From Thermoanaerobaculia bacterium (GTDB lineage Bacteria; Acidobacteriota; Thermoanaerobaculia; Gp7-AA8): DNA of 64,000 nucleotides. The position numbers and the translations under genes were made by a program. Below the pieces are notes generated by a model, which saw nothing but the letters and a program-made list of their open reading frames with translations, was not told the origin of the DNA and searched no databases. Within the stretch, counting starts at the first letter, position 1. Each line of letters begins with the position of its first letter. The stretch lies in assembly GCA_034665065.1 (NCBI GenBank), contig JAXDGL010000017.1, positions 6,559 through 70,558 of the forward strand. The letters are read 5' to 3'. Positions 1-9,478 of this stretch are shown piece after piece.

Positions 1-1
1 G

Positions 2-1768
2 GTTGCGGGCAGAAGAACCACGATGGCAGTCGCGATCGTTGCGGCCGCGACATTCATCGCGATCGCGGCAATCTGGAAGCTGAGCAGCCACGAGCAACGG
101 AATTCCGTTGTGCGGCTTTCGATTCCGCTGGCGCAGACCGGCAATGAAGCGGCCGGGAATGAGGCGTCGCCCGTGAGTATCGGAGCGAGCTCCGGCCGCC
201 CGAGCGTGGCCATTTCGCCCGATGGGAAACGGATCGCGTATGCCGCTGAGCGCAATGGAGTCAGTCATATCTATCTCCGCCAACTCGACTCATTCGAGAC
301 CATCGTTCTTGAAGGTCCGGGGGGAGGGCCGTTTTTTTCTCCTGACGGCCAGTGGATCGGCTTCACACGTCTCGGATCGTTGATGAAGGCGCCGGTGGCC
401 GGAGGAGTGGCGCGGCCGCTCTCTATCGCGCTTCTCGGAGTCGGTCGAGGCGCGACGTGGGCACCCGATGGAACGATTTATTTTTGTCCCAGCTCTGCCG
501 CCGGTCTTTGGAAGATTTCGTCGAATGGAGGAGCCGCACAGAAAGTGACGGAGCCCGACATTGCTGGTGGCGAGAACAGTCATCGCTGGCCGCAAATCCT
601 TCCGGACGGGAAGCACCTTCTGTTCACGATCCGGACGGACGCCATCACCTCGTTCGACGATGCCAGAATCGCAGTCCTGTCGCTGGATACCGGCACATGG
701 AAAGTCGTGCTGGAAGGTGGAGCGTACGCACGCTATGTTTCCGGCACTCTGCTCTTTGGACGTGCCGGCAACCTTTACGCCGTCCCTTTCGATCTGCGGT
801 CGTTTACAGTGACCGGCCCGAGGAGGAAAGTCATCGATGGCGTGTTGACGATGCCTTCCAGCGGTGCGGCCCACTTCGACGTCAGCAGCTCGGGCGATCT
901 CGTCTACATTCCTGGCGGAATCGCTTATGGCCGCACGGCGATCCTCTCCGTCGACGCGATGGGACATACCAAGCCGGTCGCGAATCTCGCGCAGAGTGCC
1001 GGCGAGATCAAGCGATCGCCCGACGGACGCAGAATCGCATTGGGCGTTAGCGCAGCGAACGACAATATCTGGCTCTACGACGTCGGCAGCGGTGCCGCCA
1101 CCCGCTTCACGTTCGAGCGAGGAGAGGAGGGATCGCCGGTCTGGACGCCGGACGGATCCCGGTTGCTGTACGGAGCCGGCCCTCCGGTCCGTACCATGAT
1201 CCGGAACGCCGACGGTGCCGGAGACTCGGAGGTGCTCGTGCAGTCAGGACCGCCGCTGTCCTGCTCCTCGGATGGAAAGCTTCTCTTGTATCGCGATAAG
1301 ACCCCGGCAACGGGATTCGATATTTGGCTCCAGCCGCTCACAGGTGATCGCAAGCCTCGTTCTCTGTTGCGCACCCAATTCAATGAAACTGAGGCATCGT
1401 TTTCGCCTGACGGACGGTGGGTGACCTATACATCGGACGAAACGGGGCACTTTGAAGCGTATGTCTGTGCATCGGCCGGCGGTGGTGGCCATTGGCAGAT
1501 CTCTGTTGACGGCGCGCATTCGCCGCGATGGTCATCGGATGGCAAAGCCGTCTACTACCGGCAAGGCGACAACTTTTTCACCGTTCCGATTTCAATGAAT
1601 GGCAATGATGTGCAGCCCGCCAAGCGCGAATTGCTGTTTACCATTCCTGCGGTCTCCGGATACGACGTGATCAACGGCGGCTTTCTGGTCGCGCAAAACA
1701 TTGAGGACTTTCACGGAACGCGACAGCTCAACGTGATCCTGAACTGGAAGCGCGAGCTCACGCCTTAG
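2..1768 (+). CDS. 5'-partial membrane-anchored TolB-like (PD40/WD40) beta-propeller protein, probably the C-terminal part of a Ser/Thr protein kinase
   Basis: Frame is open from the window edge. A TM helix is followed by repeated PD40-type motifs (AISPDGKRIAY, FFSPDGQWIGF, WTPDGSRLLY, FSPDGRWVTY) and a C-terminal LNVILNW. The kinase domain itself lies outside the window (inferred). Confidence 0.75.
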   Translation, partial: VAGRRTTMAVAIVAAATFIAIAAIWKLSSHEQRNSVVRLSIPLAQTGNEAAGNEASPVSIGASSGRPSVAISPDGKRIAYAAERNGVSHIYLRQLDSFETIVLEGPGGGPFFSPDGQWIGFTRLGSLMKAPVAGGVARPLSIALLGVGRGATWAPDGTIYFCPSSAAGLWKISSNGGAAQKVTEPDIAGGENSHRWPQILPDGKHLLFTIRTDAITSFDDARIAVLSLDTGTWKVVLEGGAYARYVSGTLLFGRAGNLYAVPFDLRSFTVTGPRRKVIDGVLTMPSSGAAHFDVSSSGDLVYIPGGIAYGRTAILSVDAMGHTKPVANLAQSAGEIKRSPDGRRIALGVSAANDNIWLYDVGSGAATRFTFERGEEGSPVWTPDGSRLLYGAGPPVRTMIRNADGAGDSEVLVQSGPPLSCSSDGKLLLYRDKTPATGFDIWLQPLTGDRKPRSLLRTQFNETEASFSPDGRWVTYTSDETGHFEAYVCASAGGGGHWQISVDGAHSPRWSSDGKAVYYRQGDNFFTVPISMNGNDVQPAKRELLFTIPAVSGYDVINGGFLVAQNIEDFHGTRQLNVILNWKRELTP

Positions 1769-2373
1769 CCCAGCGTGGTCGTGCTCTTTGCGCGCGACGT
1801 CGTACGAAACGCCAACGAGACGGCGCCGAAACGTATGCGGTCGCCATCGCACAAGTCGGCGAAACCGTTCACTCGCACATCGTTCCTCCACGTCCCGTTT
1901 CTGCTACCGAGGTCCTCCAGCACGAAACGTCCATCGATGATTCGAATCATTGCGTGGTGCCGCGAGACGCCTGTGAAATCGAGCAGGACGGAACAATCGC
2001 CGTCGCGCCCGATCAGGTTCTCTCCCGATCGCAATCGATAAATCCGATCGTCGTGAATCAATCGCGCGGCGCTCTTTGCCTCGCCGGGATCGGAGGCAGA
2101 AAACGCGTAGCCGTATCGCTGCACAGTCCGAATCGCTTGTGCGCCGAGGGCGGCACGAATCTCGGCAACCAGATTCTTCAGATTCGCTTCTTCGACGATG
2201 ACATCCGGCCAGAGACGATCCATCAGCTCTTTTTTTCGAACGGCCCGCGGTCGCTCCTCGATCAGTAGCTGAAGAAGATCGAACGCTTTCGGCGCGAGGC
2301 GAATCGGCTCATCGTTCCGCGAGACCTGACGCGTCTCGCCGTCGAAAACGAATTCATCGAATCGCATCTGCAA
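1765..2373 (-). CDS. OmpR/CadC-type winged-helix regulator with C-terminal FHA domain
   Basis: wHTH motifs (LAPKAFDLLQLL, LWPDVIVEEANL, IRTVQRYGY) plus FHA motifs GR, SRHHA, DLGSRNGT. Start is TTG 2373 or ATG 2367. Confidence 0.88.
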   Translation of the reverse strand: MQMRFDEFVFDGETRQVSRNDEPIRLAPKAFDLLQLLIEERPRAVRKKELMDRLWPDVIVEEANLKNLVAEIRAALGAQAIRTVQRYGYAFSASDPGEAKSAARLIHDDRIYRLRSGENLIGRDGDCSVLLDFTGVSRHHAMIRIIDGRFVLEDLGSRNGTWRNDVRVNGFADLCDGDRIRFGAVSLAFRTTSRAKSTTTLG

Positions 2374-2515
2374 GCGTCACCCTACCAAAAACCTGCCGGC
2401 CGGTTACGACTTCTCTGCGCAGCGGAAACACCTTGCCGGAAGACGTGCTGCGCAGCAGCCAATCGCCGCAAGGACTGCCGCATTCTAAACAAGCAGCGCG
2501 TCTGGGAGATTTGCC

Positions 2516-3067
2516 ATGTGGCAGCGCTGTCTCTGGGTGCTCCTTTACCTGCTGATAAACGTTTCGAATCAGACGAAAAGCATCAGACTCGACGCCGGCG
2601 ACGTTCTCAACGACGCAACCCTTCGAGCGTACTTCGCCGACCTCCTTCGCCAGGGAGGCTTTGGTCACTGGAAGACCGAGCGCGCGGCATTTATCGTACG
2701 CGATGAGGATGGACACTACCGGTGCATCGCATGGCCGATGGACGGGCATCTTTATCGGCAGCAGTTTCACGGGATCCGTCCGGACCGCACCGCGGCCGTC
2801 ATTCACACGCATCCCTCCGAACGACCCCTCGCCTCTTCGGATGATGAACGCATGGCGATCAAACTCTCATTGCCGATCGTCGTGTTGACACCGCGGAACA
2901 TCTACATGATCACGGCTGGCGGCGAGACCATCCCGATTGTGCAGAATCACATGTGGGCAACATTCGCCGAAGCTTCACCGATGCGCTGTAGCGCTTCCCC
3001 TTCCACTGCGCCAACGGTTGCAGGGATCATGAGGGTCCCTGCCGGTATGCCAGCTCTGCGCCCTTGA
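2516..3067 (+). CDS. JAB/MPN+ (JAMM) metallopeptidase-like protein with hydrophobic N-terminus
   Basis: Upstream Glu (TERAAFIV) and HTHPSERPLASSDD, which fits HxH-x7-S-x2-D. GGGAG SD lies upstream. Confidence 0.75.
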   Translation: MWQRCLWVLLYLLINVSNQTKSIRLDAGDVLNDATLRAYFADLLRQGGFGHWKTERAAFIVRDEDGHYRCIAWPMDGHLYRQQFHGIRPDRTAAVIHTHPSERPLASSDDERMAIKLSLPIVVLTPRNIYMITAGGETIPIVQNHMWATFAEASPMRCSASPSTAPTVAGIMRVPAGMPALRP

Positions 3068-3076
3068 AACCGCGCA

Positions 3077-3172
3077 AGAATCAGGGGGTCCTTCGACCGT
3101 CCTTCGCCGCCGATGTCTGCCGGGAGCAAGCGTTTCGAATCTTGCGGCGGCTTCGGCGGCTCAGGATGACAG
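3077..3172. repeat. Half copy of TGTCATCCTGAG-type palindromic (REP/MITE-like) element
   Basis: Shares AATCAGGGGGTCCTTCGACCGTCCTTCGCCGC and GCGGCTTCGGCGGCTCAGGATGACAG with the right arm of the element at 54544-54765. Confidence 0.8.
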
Positions 3173-3224
3173 TCGTTTTTGTCTTCGCGCCGTTGCCTTG
3201 GTATCTTGGTACCGAGGTACTTTG

Positions 3225-4526
3225 CTACCGCGACAGCGCGCGATCCACCTGCTCCATCACGCTCGCCGCGACCCGCCCGCTCACCGGCGTTTCCGCGCCG
3301 GCGCCGAGGACTGGATCGACGATCGCGCAGGCGGCGAGCACTTTCTGTGGATCGTTCCCCACTCCGCGCGAACAAGTGGCACCGCGGAGCGCCAGCACGC
3401 GCGCCGCGACGCGGGCCAGACTACCGGCGTTGACCGGAGTGAATGGACTGACGCGGCGCGTGACCGGGTCGACCTGATAGATGCCGAGGGCGATGGCGCG
3501 GACGATCTCGTCGCGGCCGGGTGTCTCGCTCAGATCGATGGCGATCGGAGGCGCAGCAAGGTTCGACGCGAACCGCACCGACGCCACCTTCCAGTACAGG
3601 AGCACCGCGAGATCGCCGCGCGTGATGGATTCGCTCTCGATGGCGCGGCGGAACTGCGCCGGCATGTTCGATTCCTGATAGTTCTGTTTGATCTCGTCGA
3701 GACGGGCCGCGAATCGCCGGTCGCGTTTCGCCAGACGCTCGTAGCGCGCGATCGCAGCCTCATAACGTCCGCGATTGATGTCGATCTCCGCCAGCGCTTC
3801 CTGAACCTCGGAGCGATCAGCGTCCGCGCCGGTGAGCAGCGGATCGAGCATGACCCGCGCTTCATCGTACTTGTGCTGCGCGACGAGCTTCTGCACCAGC
3901 AGCACGCGCGCCGCGCTTCCCGCGGGGTTGATCGAAAGAGCATCGCGAAGAAGACGTACCGAGTCTTCGTCCGGCGCCGCAACGGCAGCGTTGTAAAGTT
4001 GATCGAAGAGTGTCGTACGAAGTTCGGCCACGCGCTCCGCGACGATCGGCGGCGCAGCAGGCCGCGTGGCGATGTCTCGGTAAATGTCGTATGCCTCGCG
4101 CGTTCGTTTTTCGGCGATGGCAATCTCCGCGGCATAGACATCCGCGGCGGTGTAGTGCGGATGATTCGCACGAATGCGCTCGACGATCGGCCGCGCCACG
4201 TCCGTCTTTCCTTGACGCATCGCGATCGCGGCTTCGGCGAGTTGCGTGGGCGCGTAGTTCGTCTCCTTCGTCCGAATGACCTCGAGACGTTTGCGCGCGG
4301 TCGTGTAGTCGCCGCTGAGAATGGCGCGCCATGCTTCGTCGAAGCGCCGGGCGTTCGCAGGAGCCGGCTGCATTTCGTAGCCGGTTCGCGGATCGATGAG
4401 GAAGCGATCATTGGCCTGCGGCGCGGATGGCGCCACCGCCGGGGGCGCCGTCGCGCAACGCGCCAACACGACCGCCACGGTAATCAAAAGGAGAATCGTC
4501 CTCGTCTTCAATTGCTCAACCCTCAC
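3225..4526 (-). CDS. TPR-repeat lipoprotein with C-terminal SLH-like segment
   Basis: Lipobox-like VLARC, helical TPR repeats, ITRGDLAVLL and GIYQVD...SPFTPV SLH-like motifs. The start is uncertain. Confidence 0.7.
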   Translation of the reverse strand: MRVEQLKTRTILLLITVAVVLARCATAPPAVAPSAPQANDRFLIDPRTGYEMQPAPANARRFDEAWRAILSGDYTTARKRLEVIRTKETNYAPTQLAEAAIAMRQGKTDVARPIVERIRANHPHYTAADVYAAEIAIAEKRTREAYDIYRDIATRPAAPPIVAERVAELRTTLFDQLYNAAVAAPDEDSVRLLRDALSINPAGSAARVLLVQKLVAQHKYDEARVMLDPLLTGADADRSEVQEALAEIDINRGRYEAAIARYERLAKRDRRFAARLDEIKQNYQESNMPAQFRRAIESESITRGDLAVLLYWKVASVRFASNLAAPPIAIDLSETPGRDEIVRAIALGIYQVDPVTRRVSPFTPVNAGSLARVAARVLALRGATCSRGVGNDPQKVLAACAIVDPVLGAGAETPVSGRVAASVMEQVDRALSR

Positions 4527-5457
4527 TCATTTCCAGTATCCGCATCGCCGCGGCGAATGTCTCGCCGGGCGACGTCACATCGATCCATTGCACATTGCGC
4601 TCCGACCGCAGCCATGTCATCTGCCGTTTGGCATACGCGCGCGTTCTGCGCCGTGTTTCGGCGATGGCGGCATCCAGAGTCATCTCCCCCGTCACGACTG
4701 CCGCCGCCTCAGCGTATCCGATTGTGCCAAAGGGGCGCGCGTTTCGCGGATAGCGCGCGAGGAGCGCCCGCGTCTCGTCCACCAGACCGGCGGCATACAT
4801 CGCCTCGACACGCGCGTCGAGGCGCTTGACCAGATGGCTGCGCTCCAACCGCAGACCGAGCTTGATGGCCGCCATTCCCTCCGCCGCGCTGCTCCCCGGC
4901 CGTTCCCATTCCGAGATCGGCCGGCCGCTGACCAGCCACACTTCGAGAGCCCGCTCGACACGATGACGGTCGGCGGCGGCGATTTTCTTTCCACTCTCCG
5001 GGTCGACAGCGGCGAGCCAGCGATGCAATCGCGCGCCACCGCGCGGACGCGCCGCGATGCTCCGAAGGCGCTCGCGAATGCGCGCGTCGCGTCCCGGCAT
5101 TTCCGGCAGCCCGTGCAACAGCGCGCGCAAATAGAAGAAGGTCCCGCCCACCAGGATGGCGCGCTTGCCGCGCGCGGCGATCTCCTCGCACGCCGCATGC
5201 GCGAGCGCCGCGTAGTCCGCGGCGTTGAACTCCGCATCGGCATCGACGACGTCGAACAGATGATGCGGAACGCGCGATCGTGCCGATGCGTCGGGCTTGG
5301 CACTGCCGATGTCGAACCCGCGATAGATCTGCACCGAGTCGTAATTGACGATTTCTCCGCCGATGCTCTCGGCCAGGCGCAACGCCAAGTCCGACTTCCC
5401 TACGCCCGTCGGACCGGCGACGACGATGGGAATCCTCGTCACGTTCGCGGACGTCAC
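4516..5457 (-). CDS. miaA: tRNA dimethylallyltransferase
   Basis: GPTGVGKS P-loop, DSVQIYRGFDIGSAKP, VGGTFFY, TRAYAKRQMTW. The GTG start overlaps the upstream stop. Confidence 0.95.
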   Translation of the reverse strand: MTSANVTRIPIVVAGPTGVGKSDLALRLAESIGGEIVNYDSVQIYRGFDIGSAKPDASARSRVPHHLFDVVDADAEFNAADYAALAHAACEEIAARGKRAILVGGTFFYLRALLHGLPEMPGRDARIRERLRSIAARPRGGARLHRWLAAVDPESGKKIAAADRHRVERALEVWLVSGRPISEWERPGSSAAEGMAAIKLGLRLERSHLVKRLDARVEAMYAAGLVDETRALLARYPRNARPFGTIGYAEAAAVVTGEMTLDAAIAETRRRTRAYAKRQMTWLRSERNVQWIDVTSPGETFAAAMRILEMSEG

Positions 5458-5780
5458 TTTCGCACGCGCGTCATGTGCGTCCGGTCGTCTTCGCGGCTCA
5501 GAACACCATGGAGATGCCTGCGGCAATAGATGGCCCCGTGCTCAATGGGCGCCTTGCAGGTCACGCAGCGATTCTTCGTCACTACCTTCGCGCCTTTCTC
5601 CATCACGCGAGCCACAACTCCGGCCACAAGGAGAAGTCCGCCCAGCACGAGGGCCTTCTGCAACATCGCCGGCGCGAAGAAGTCGACGAACGGCGCCTCC
5701 TCGTACGTCTGTTGCAGCACGTAGAGAGCGACGACGAGCAGAATGATCCAGAGACCGAGGCGAAGCAGTGTCGATGACAT
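5454..5780 (-). CDS. Small 2-TM membrane protein with C-terminal Zn-ribbon-like motif
   Basis: Two hydrophobic helices and CVTC-x9-CRRH. Sits in the comEC-miaA operon. Confidence 0.7.
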   Translation of the reverse strand: MSSTLLRLGLWIILLVVALYVLQQTYEEAPFVDFFAPAMLQKALVLGGLLLVAGVVARVMEKGAKVVTKNRCVTCKAPIEHGAIYCRRHLHGVLSREDDRTHMTRVRK

Positions 5781-5803
5781 GCGGGAAATTCACTGTAGGA
5801 CGC

Positions 5804-7993
5804 TCATCGTGGAGTGTCAAATTGTCCGTGGATCTCCAGGCGGCGGTCGAGGAAATCGAGGTCGATCGATCCGTTCCTGTCGGTGCGCCAGATCCGCACG
5901 CCGCGCGCGCGCAGCGACTCGACAACCGACGGATGCGGATGGCCGAACGTGTTGTGCAGACCGCAGGAGATCAGCGCAATCCGCGGCCTGACCGCATCGA
6001 GGAGCGGCGGCGTTGTCGACGTCCGGCTGCCGTGATGCGCGACTTTGAGGATGTCCGCCTGAATGTCGCGCGACGCCAGCATCTCTTCCGCATCACGCTC
6101 GACGTCGCCGGTCAGAAGCACGCTCCAGCGTCCGATCACGGCACGCAGTACGACCGAGCTGTTGTTCTCCGCGGAGTGCTTGAATGTGCGATCAGCGACG
6201 AACGCCCGAAGCGACATCGCTCCGACAACGCGGGTATCGCCGTCGCGCACCAAGTGGATCGGAATGGCGCGCGCGGAGCAGACCGCGAGGACGCGCTGCG
6301 CGCAGTCGCCGCGGAAACGGCGCGGCGAGATCCAGACGCTGCCGACATCGAGATTCGCCAGCACCGCGGGCAGGCCGCCGCAATGATCGGGATGAACGTG
6401 CGTCAATATTGCGATGTCGATGCGCCGCACGCCGCGGTCGACGAGCATCGGCAGCAACTCCGATTCTCCGAAGTGCGAGTCGGCCAGACGACCGCCTGCG
6501 TCGATCAAAACGACGTGACGCGGCGATCGCAACAGCAACGCGTCGCCCTGACCGACGTCGAGCATTGTCAGCCGGGGCGCGGCAACGTCGCTCCGTCCGA
6601 CGACGAGCGCTGCGATGATCGGAATCATCATCGCCGCGAGAATCACTCCACTCCGCAAGCGTCCGCGCAAGAAAGCGATCGACAACACGGCCAACGCGTA
6701 GCCGGCGATCAATGAAGCCAGCGGCGGCGCCGCGAAGAATCCCCACACCGGCGCCGCCAGACCATTGATGAACGTGCAGATGGAGTGAAGCGCGCCGAGC
6801 AGCCAGAAGAGCGGCGTGCACGGAATCGCGCAGATCATCATCGACACGACCAGCATCGCGAAGACGACCGGCGTCAGCAGCATCGTCATCACCGATCCGC
6901 CGAGTGCGTACTGATGAAAATGAAACAGCGTCAGGGGCGTGATCGACATCTCCGCCGCTCCTGCGTATGCGATCCAACGCGCGCGTCCCGCCGCCATCGC
7001 TTTGCCTGCGAAAAGAAGCGCACCAGCTCCTGCATAGGTCAGCTGAAACGCCGGCTCGGCAAGATCGTGCGGGGCGATGATCAGCCGCACCAGCGCGGCC
7101 ACGCACCAGAGATTCTCCAGCGTCGTCGGACGGTGAAGAATGCGCGAGAGCGCGTACAACCCGATGCCGATCGTGGCGCGCGACACAGACGCCGTCGGTC
7201 CGATGAAGAGTGGCGCGATTACCGAGAAAATCAGCAGCGACCAGTCCGCCGTCCGCGGCGCGCGCAACCAGCGCAGCGCCAGCGCGATCAACGCCGCCGC
7301 GAATGCGATCTGCAGTCCGGAGAAGACCAGCAGGTGATACGTCCCGCCACGCTTGTAGCTGTCTCGCACATCGTCGCTGAGCCGCTCGCTTCGCCCGAGG
7401 GCCAGCGCTTCGACCAGCGCGACTTGGGTGGGATGCGCGCCCGCGAACGGCCGCACGCGATTCGCCAGAGCGCGATTCCAAGCCGCAGGCGTCAGCGGGT
7501 TGAGCGTGCCTTCATACCGCATCAGAATCGGCGACTTGACCGTCAGCCCCAGTCCGCCGCGATCGTTGCGGCGGAGAAAACCTTCCGCGCGAACCGTGCG
7601 CTCCATCGCAATCTCCGCCGGCGTGAACCGCGCGTAGATCGTGAGCGGCTGATCGATGCGGACACCATCGGCCACGAATCGATCGCAGCGAAGAATGTGC
7701 GCATCACCTCGCGCCGACCAGTCGTGATCGATCGGCGCAACGACCGTGACGAATCGATCGGTGATGAGCGTCCCGAGCGCGGCATCGTCGATCGCAATCG
7801 CCGTTCGCGCGTGAACTGCCGCGCAAACACCCCCGGCCAGCGCCAGACAGGCCACGGCCACACGCGTCCTGCGGATCGCCAAAAGCAGCATCGCCACCGA
7901 AGCCAGCCCCGCAGCCTCGGCGTACGAATGCCCGAGGGTGAGACCGGCGGCGTAGGCGATCAGCGGAAGTGCGGCGGGAGCGTCACTGCGCAC
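5804..7993 (-). CDS. comEC: DNA internalization competence protein ComEC/Rec2
   Basis: Competence domain (HLLVFSGLQ, FQLTY) plus metallo-beta-lactamase domain (LDVGQGD, THVHPDHCGG, KVAHHGS, FGHPH). Confidence 0.93.
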   Translation of the reverse strand: MRSDAPAALPLIAYAAGLTLGHSYAEAAGLASVAMLLLAIRRTRVAVACLALAGGVCAAVHARTAIAIDDAALGTLITDRFVTVVAPIDHDWSARGDAHILRCDRFVADGVRIDQPLTIYARFTPAEIAMERTVRAEGFLRRNDRGGLGLTVKSPILMRYEGTLNPLTPAAWNRALANRVRPFAGAHPTQVALVEALALGRSERLSDDVRDSYKRGGTYHLLVFSGLQIAFAAALIALALRWLRAPRTADWSLLIFSVIAPLFIGPTASVSRATIGIGLYALSRILHRPTTLENLWCVAALVRLIIAPHDLAEPAFQLTYAGAGALLFAGKAMAAGRARWIAYAGAAEMSITPLTLFHFHQYALGGSVMTMLLTPVVFAMLVVSMMICAIPCTPLFWLLGALHSICTFINGLAAPVWGFFAAPPLASLIAGYALAVLSIAFLRGRLRSGVILAAMMIPIIAALVVGRSDVAAPRLTMLDVGQGDALLLRSPRHVVLIDAGGRLADSHFGESELLPMLVDRGVRRIDIAILTHVHPDHCGGLPAVLANLDVGSVWISPRRFRGDCAQRVLAVCSARAIPIHLVRDGDTRVVGAMSLRAFVADRTFKHSAENNSSVVLRAVIGRWSVLLTGDVERDAEEMLASRDIQADILKVAHHGSRTSTTPPLLDAVRPRIALISCGLHNTFGHPHPSVVESLRARGVRIWRTDRNGSIDLDFLDRRLEIHGQFDTPR

Positions 7994-9098
7994 GCTCGAA
8001 CGAAGCGAGCGTTTCCACGTGATGCGTATTGGGGAAAAGGTCGAGAAGGTCGAGCGACGCGAGCCGCCAACCAGACGCGATCAGCCGGCTCGCGTCCCGC
8101 GCAAACGTTACCGGATCGCACGCCAGGAAGCAAACCATCGAACCGGTGCGGGAGGCGACGGCGTCGATGACATTGCGCTTCGCACCGCTGCGTGGCGGAT
8201 CGAGGAAGACGAAATCGGTGCACGGCATCCGCTCTGCCCACCACTCCACCGGCGCGTGAACGAGCGCTACGTTCGATGGGACGTTGCGCGCCGCGCATGC
8301 GTGCGCAGCATCCGATCCTTCGATCGCGGTGACGGTCTCGAAGATACCCGCCAGCGGCACGCTGAAGAATCCGACGCCGGAGTAGAGGTCGACGGCAGTC
8401 CGCTTCATCGCCGAGTGCGAGGCGATCTCCGACACGAGCCGCCGCAAGGTTCCGAGAAGATGCCGGTTCACTTGAAAGAAGACATCGGTGGTGACATGAA
8501 AGCCATCGATCGTCATCTCACCATCGGTGATCAGCTTCCCGTCGACTTCCCAGATCTGAAACTCCGCAGCATCACCATCAGTTACGTTTTCGTGCGACGA
8601 AAGCGCACGCGCCGTCTCCACGCCGACGACTTCGCACTCGGCTGGGAGCTGCACGACGTCGTTCGTGCGCGCGGCGAAAAAACCGATCCTGCCGCCATCG
8701 CGATGCAGGCGGCTGCGCAGGCGATAGTTCAGCGGTGACGGATGCACGGTGATCGCCGGTAACGTCGCCGGATCGATCTTGCCAATTCTTCGCAGCGACT
8801 CGGTGAGAACCCGCTGCTTCGCTTCGAGCTGCTTGTCGAGCCGCAACGATGTCCAGTCGCAGCCGCCGCATTCGTCCGCGACCGGACAGGGATTGGCGCG
8901 GCGAAATGTGCTCGGCTCGATGAGCCGGACGAGCTCCGCGCGGCCAAAGCCTTTCTTCACTTCGACGAGACGCACGACGGCGACATCGCCCGGGTAAACA
9001 CTGGCGATGAAAATCGGGAAGCCGTCCACCTTCGCCAGCGCCGCGCCGCCGGCAACGAGCTCGAATGGCACGACTGTGATCTCGTCACCGACTCGCAT
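7983..9098 (-). CDS. TRAM-domain RNA m5U methyltransferase (RlmD/TrmA family)
   Basis: N-terminal TRAM domain, CPVADECGGC Fe-S motif, FFQVN, DLYSGVGFF, LDPPRSG, catalytic Cys in LACDP, DLFPNTHHVE. Confidence 0.9.
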   Translation of the reverse strand: MRVGDEITVVPFELVAGGAALAKVDGFPIFIASVYPGDVAVVRLVEVKKGFGRAELVRLIEPSTFRRANPCPVADECGGCDWTSLRLDKQLEAKQRVLTESLRRIGKIDPATLPAITVHPSPLNYRLRSRLHRDGGRIGFFAARTNDVVQLPAECEVVGVETARALSSHENVTDGDAAEFQIWEVDGKLITDGEMTIDGFHVTTDVFFQVNRHLLGTLRRLVSEIASHSAMKRTAVDLYSGVGFFSVPLAGIFETVTAIEGSDAAHACAARNVPSNVALVHAPVEWWAERMPCTDFVFLDPPRSGAKRNVIDAVASRTGSMVCFLACDPVTFARDASRLIASGWRLASLDLLDLFPNTHHVETLASFERAQ

Positions 9099-9152
9099 CG
9101 CGATCGAGCATAGCGTGGAAGGGATTCTCAGATGCACTTCGAAGAACGCGAA

Positions 9153-9314
9153 TGTCATTCCGAGCCGGCGGAACCGCGGGGAGGAAGGGTGGGCGGGAGC
9201 GGTGGAGCGCGGCGAGGAATCCCCTGCAGAATAGACGTTGAAGGGGATTTCTCATCGTGCTCCACCGCTCCACCCTCCCTTCCTCCCCCGCGGTTCCGCC
9301 GATTCGAAATGACA
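9153..9314. repeat. TGTCA...TGACA-terminated palindromic element (REP/MITE-like), family B
   Basis: Long imperfect inverted repeat. An inverted near-copy lies at 23316-23490 and partial copies at 14249-14318 and 24797-24914. Confidence 0.85.
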
Positions 9315-9365
9315 ACCGGCAATTACGATGTGCAGGAAGTTGCGCGCGAGATGCGATCAAAAAAG

Positions 9366-9456
9366 AGGGGTCAGGTCGAAAGTGAAAGTGACAAAAATTT
9401 GGCTGTCGCATAGCCAGGAGCCGTTTTCCGTCACTTTCACTTTCGACCTGACCCCT
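9366..9456. repeat. Perfect 27-bp inverted repeat with internal hexamer tandem
   Basis: AGGGGTCAGGTCGAAAGTGAAAGTGAC (9366-9392) and its exact reverse complement (9430-9456). Confidence 0.85.
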
Positions 9457-9478
9457 TCTGAAAGCGCAATAATGCCGC

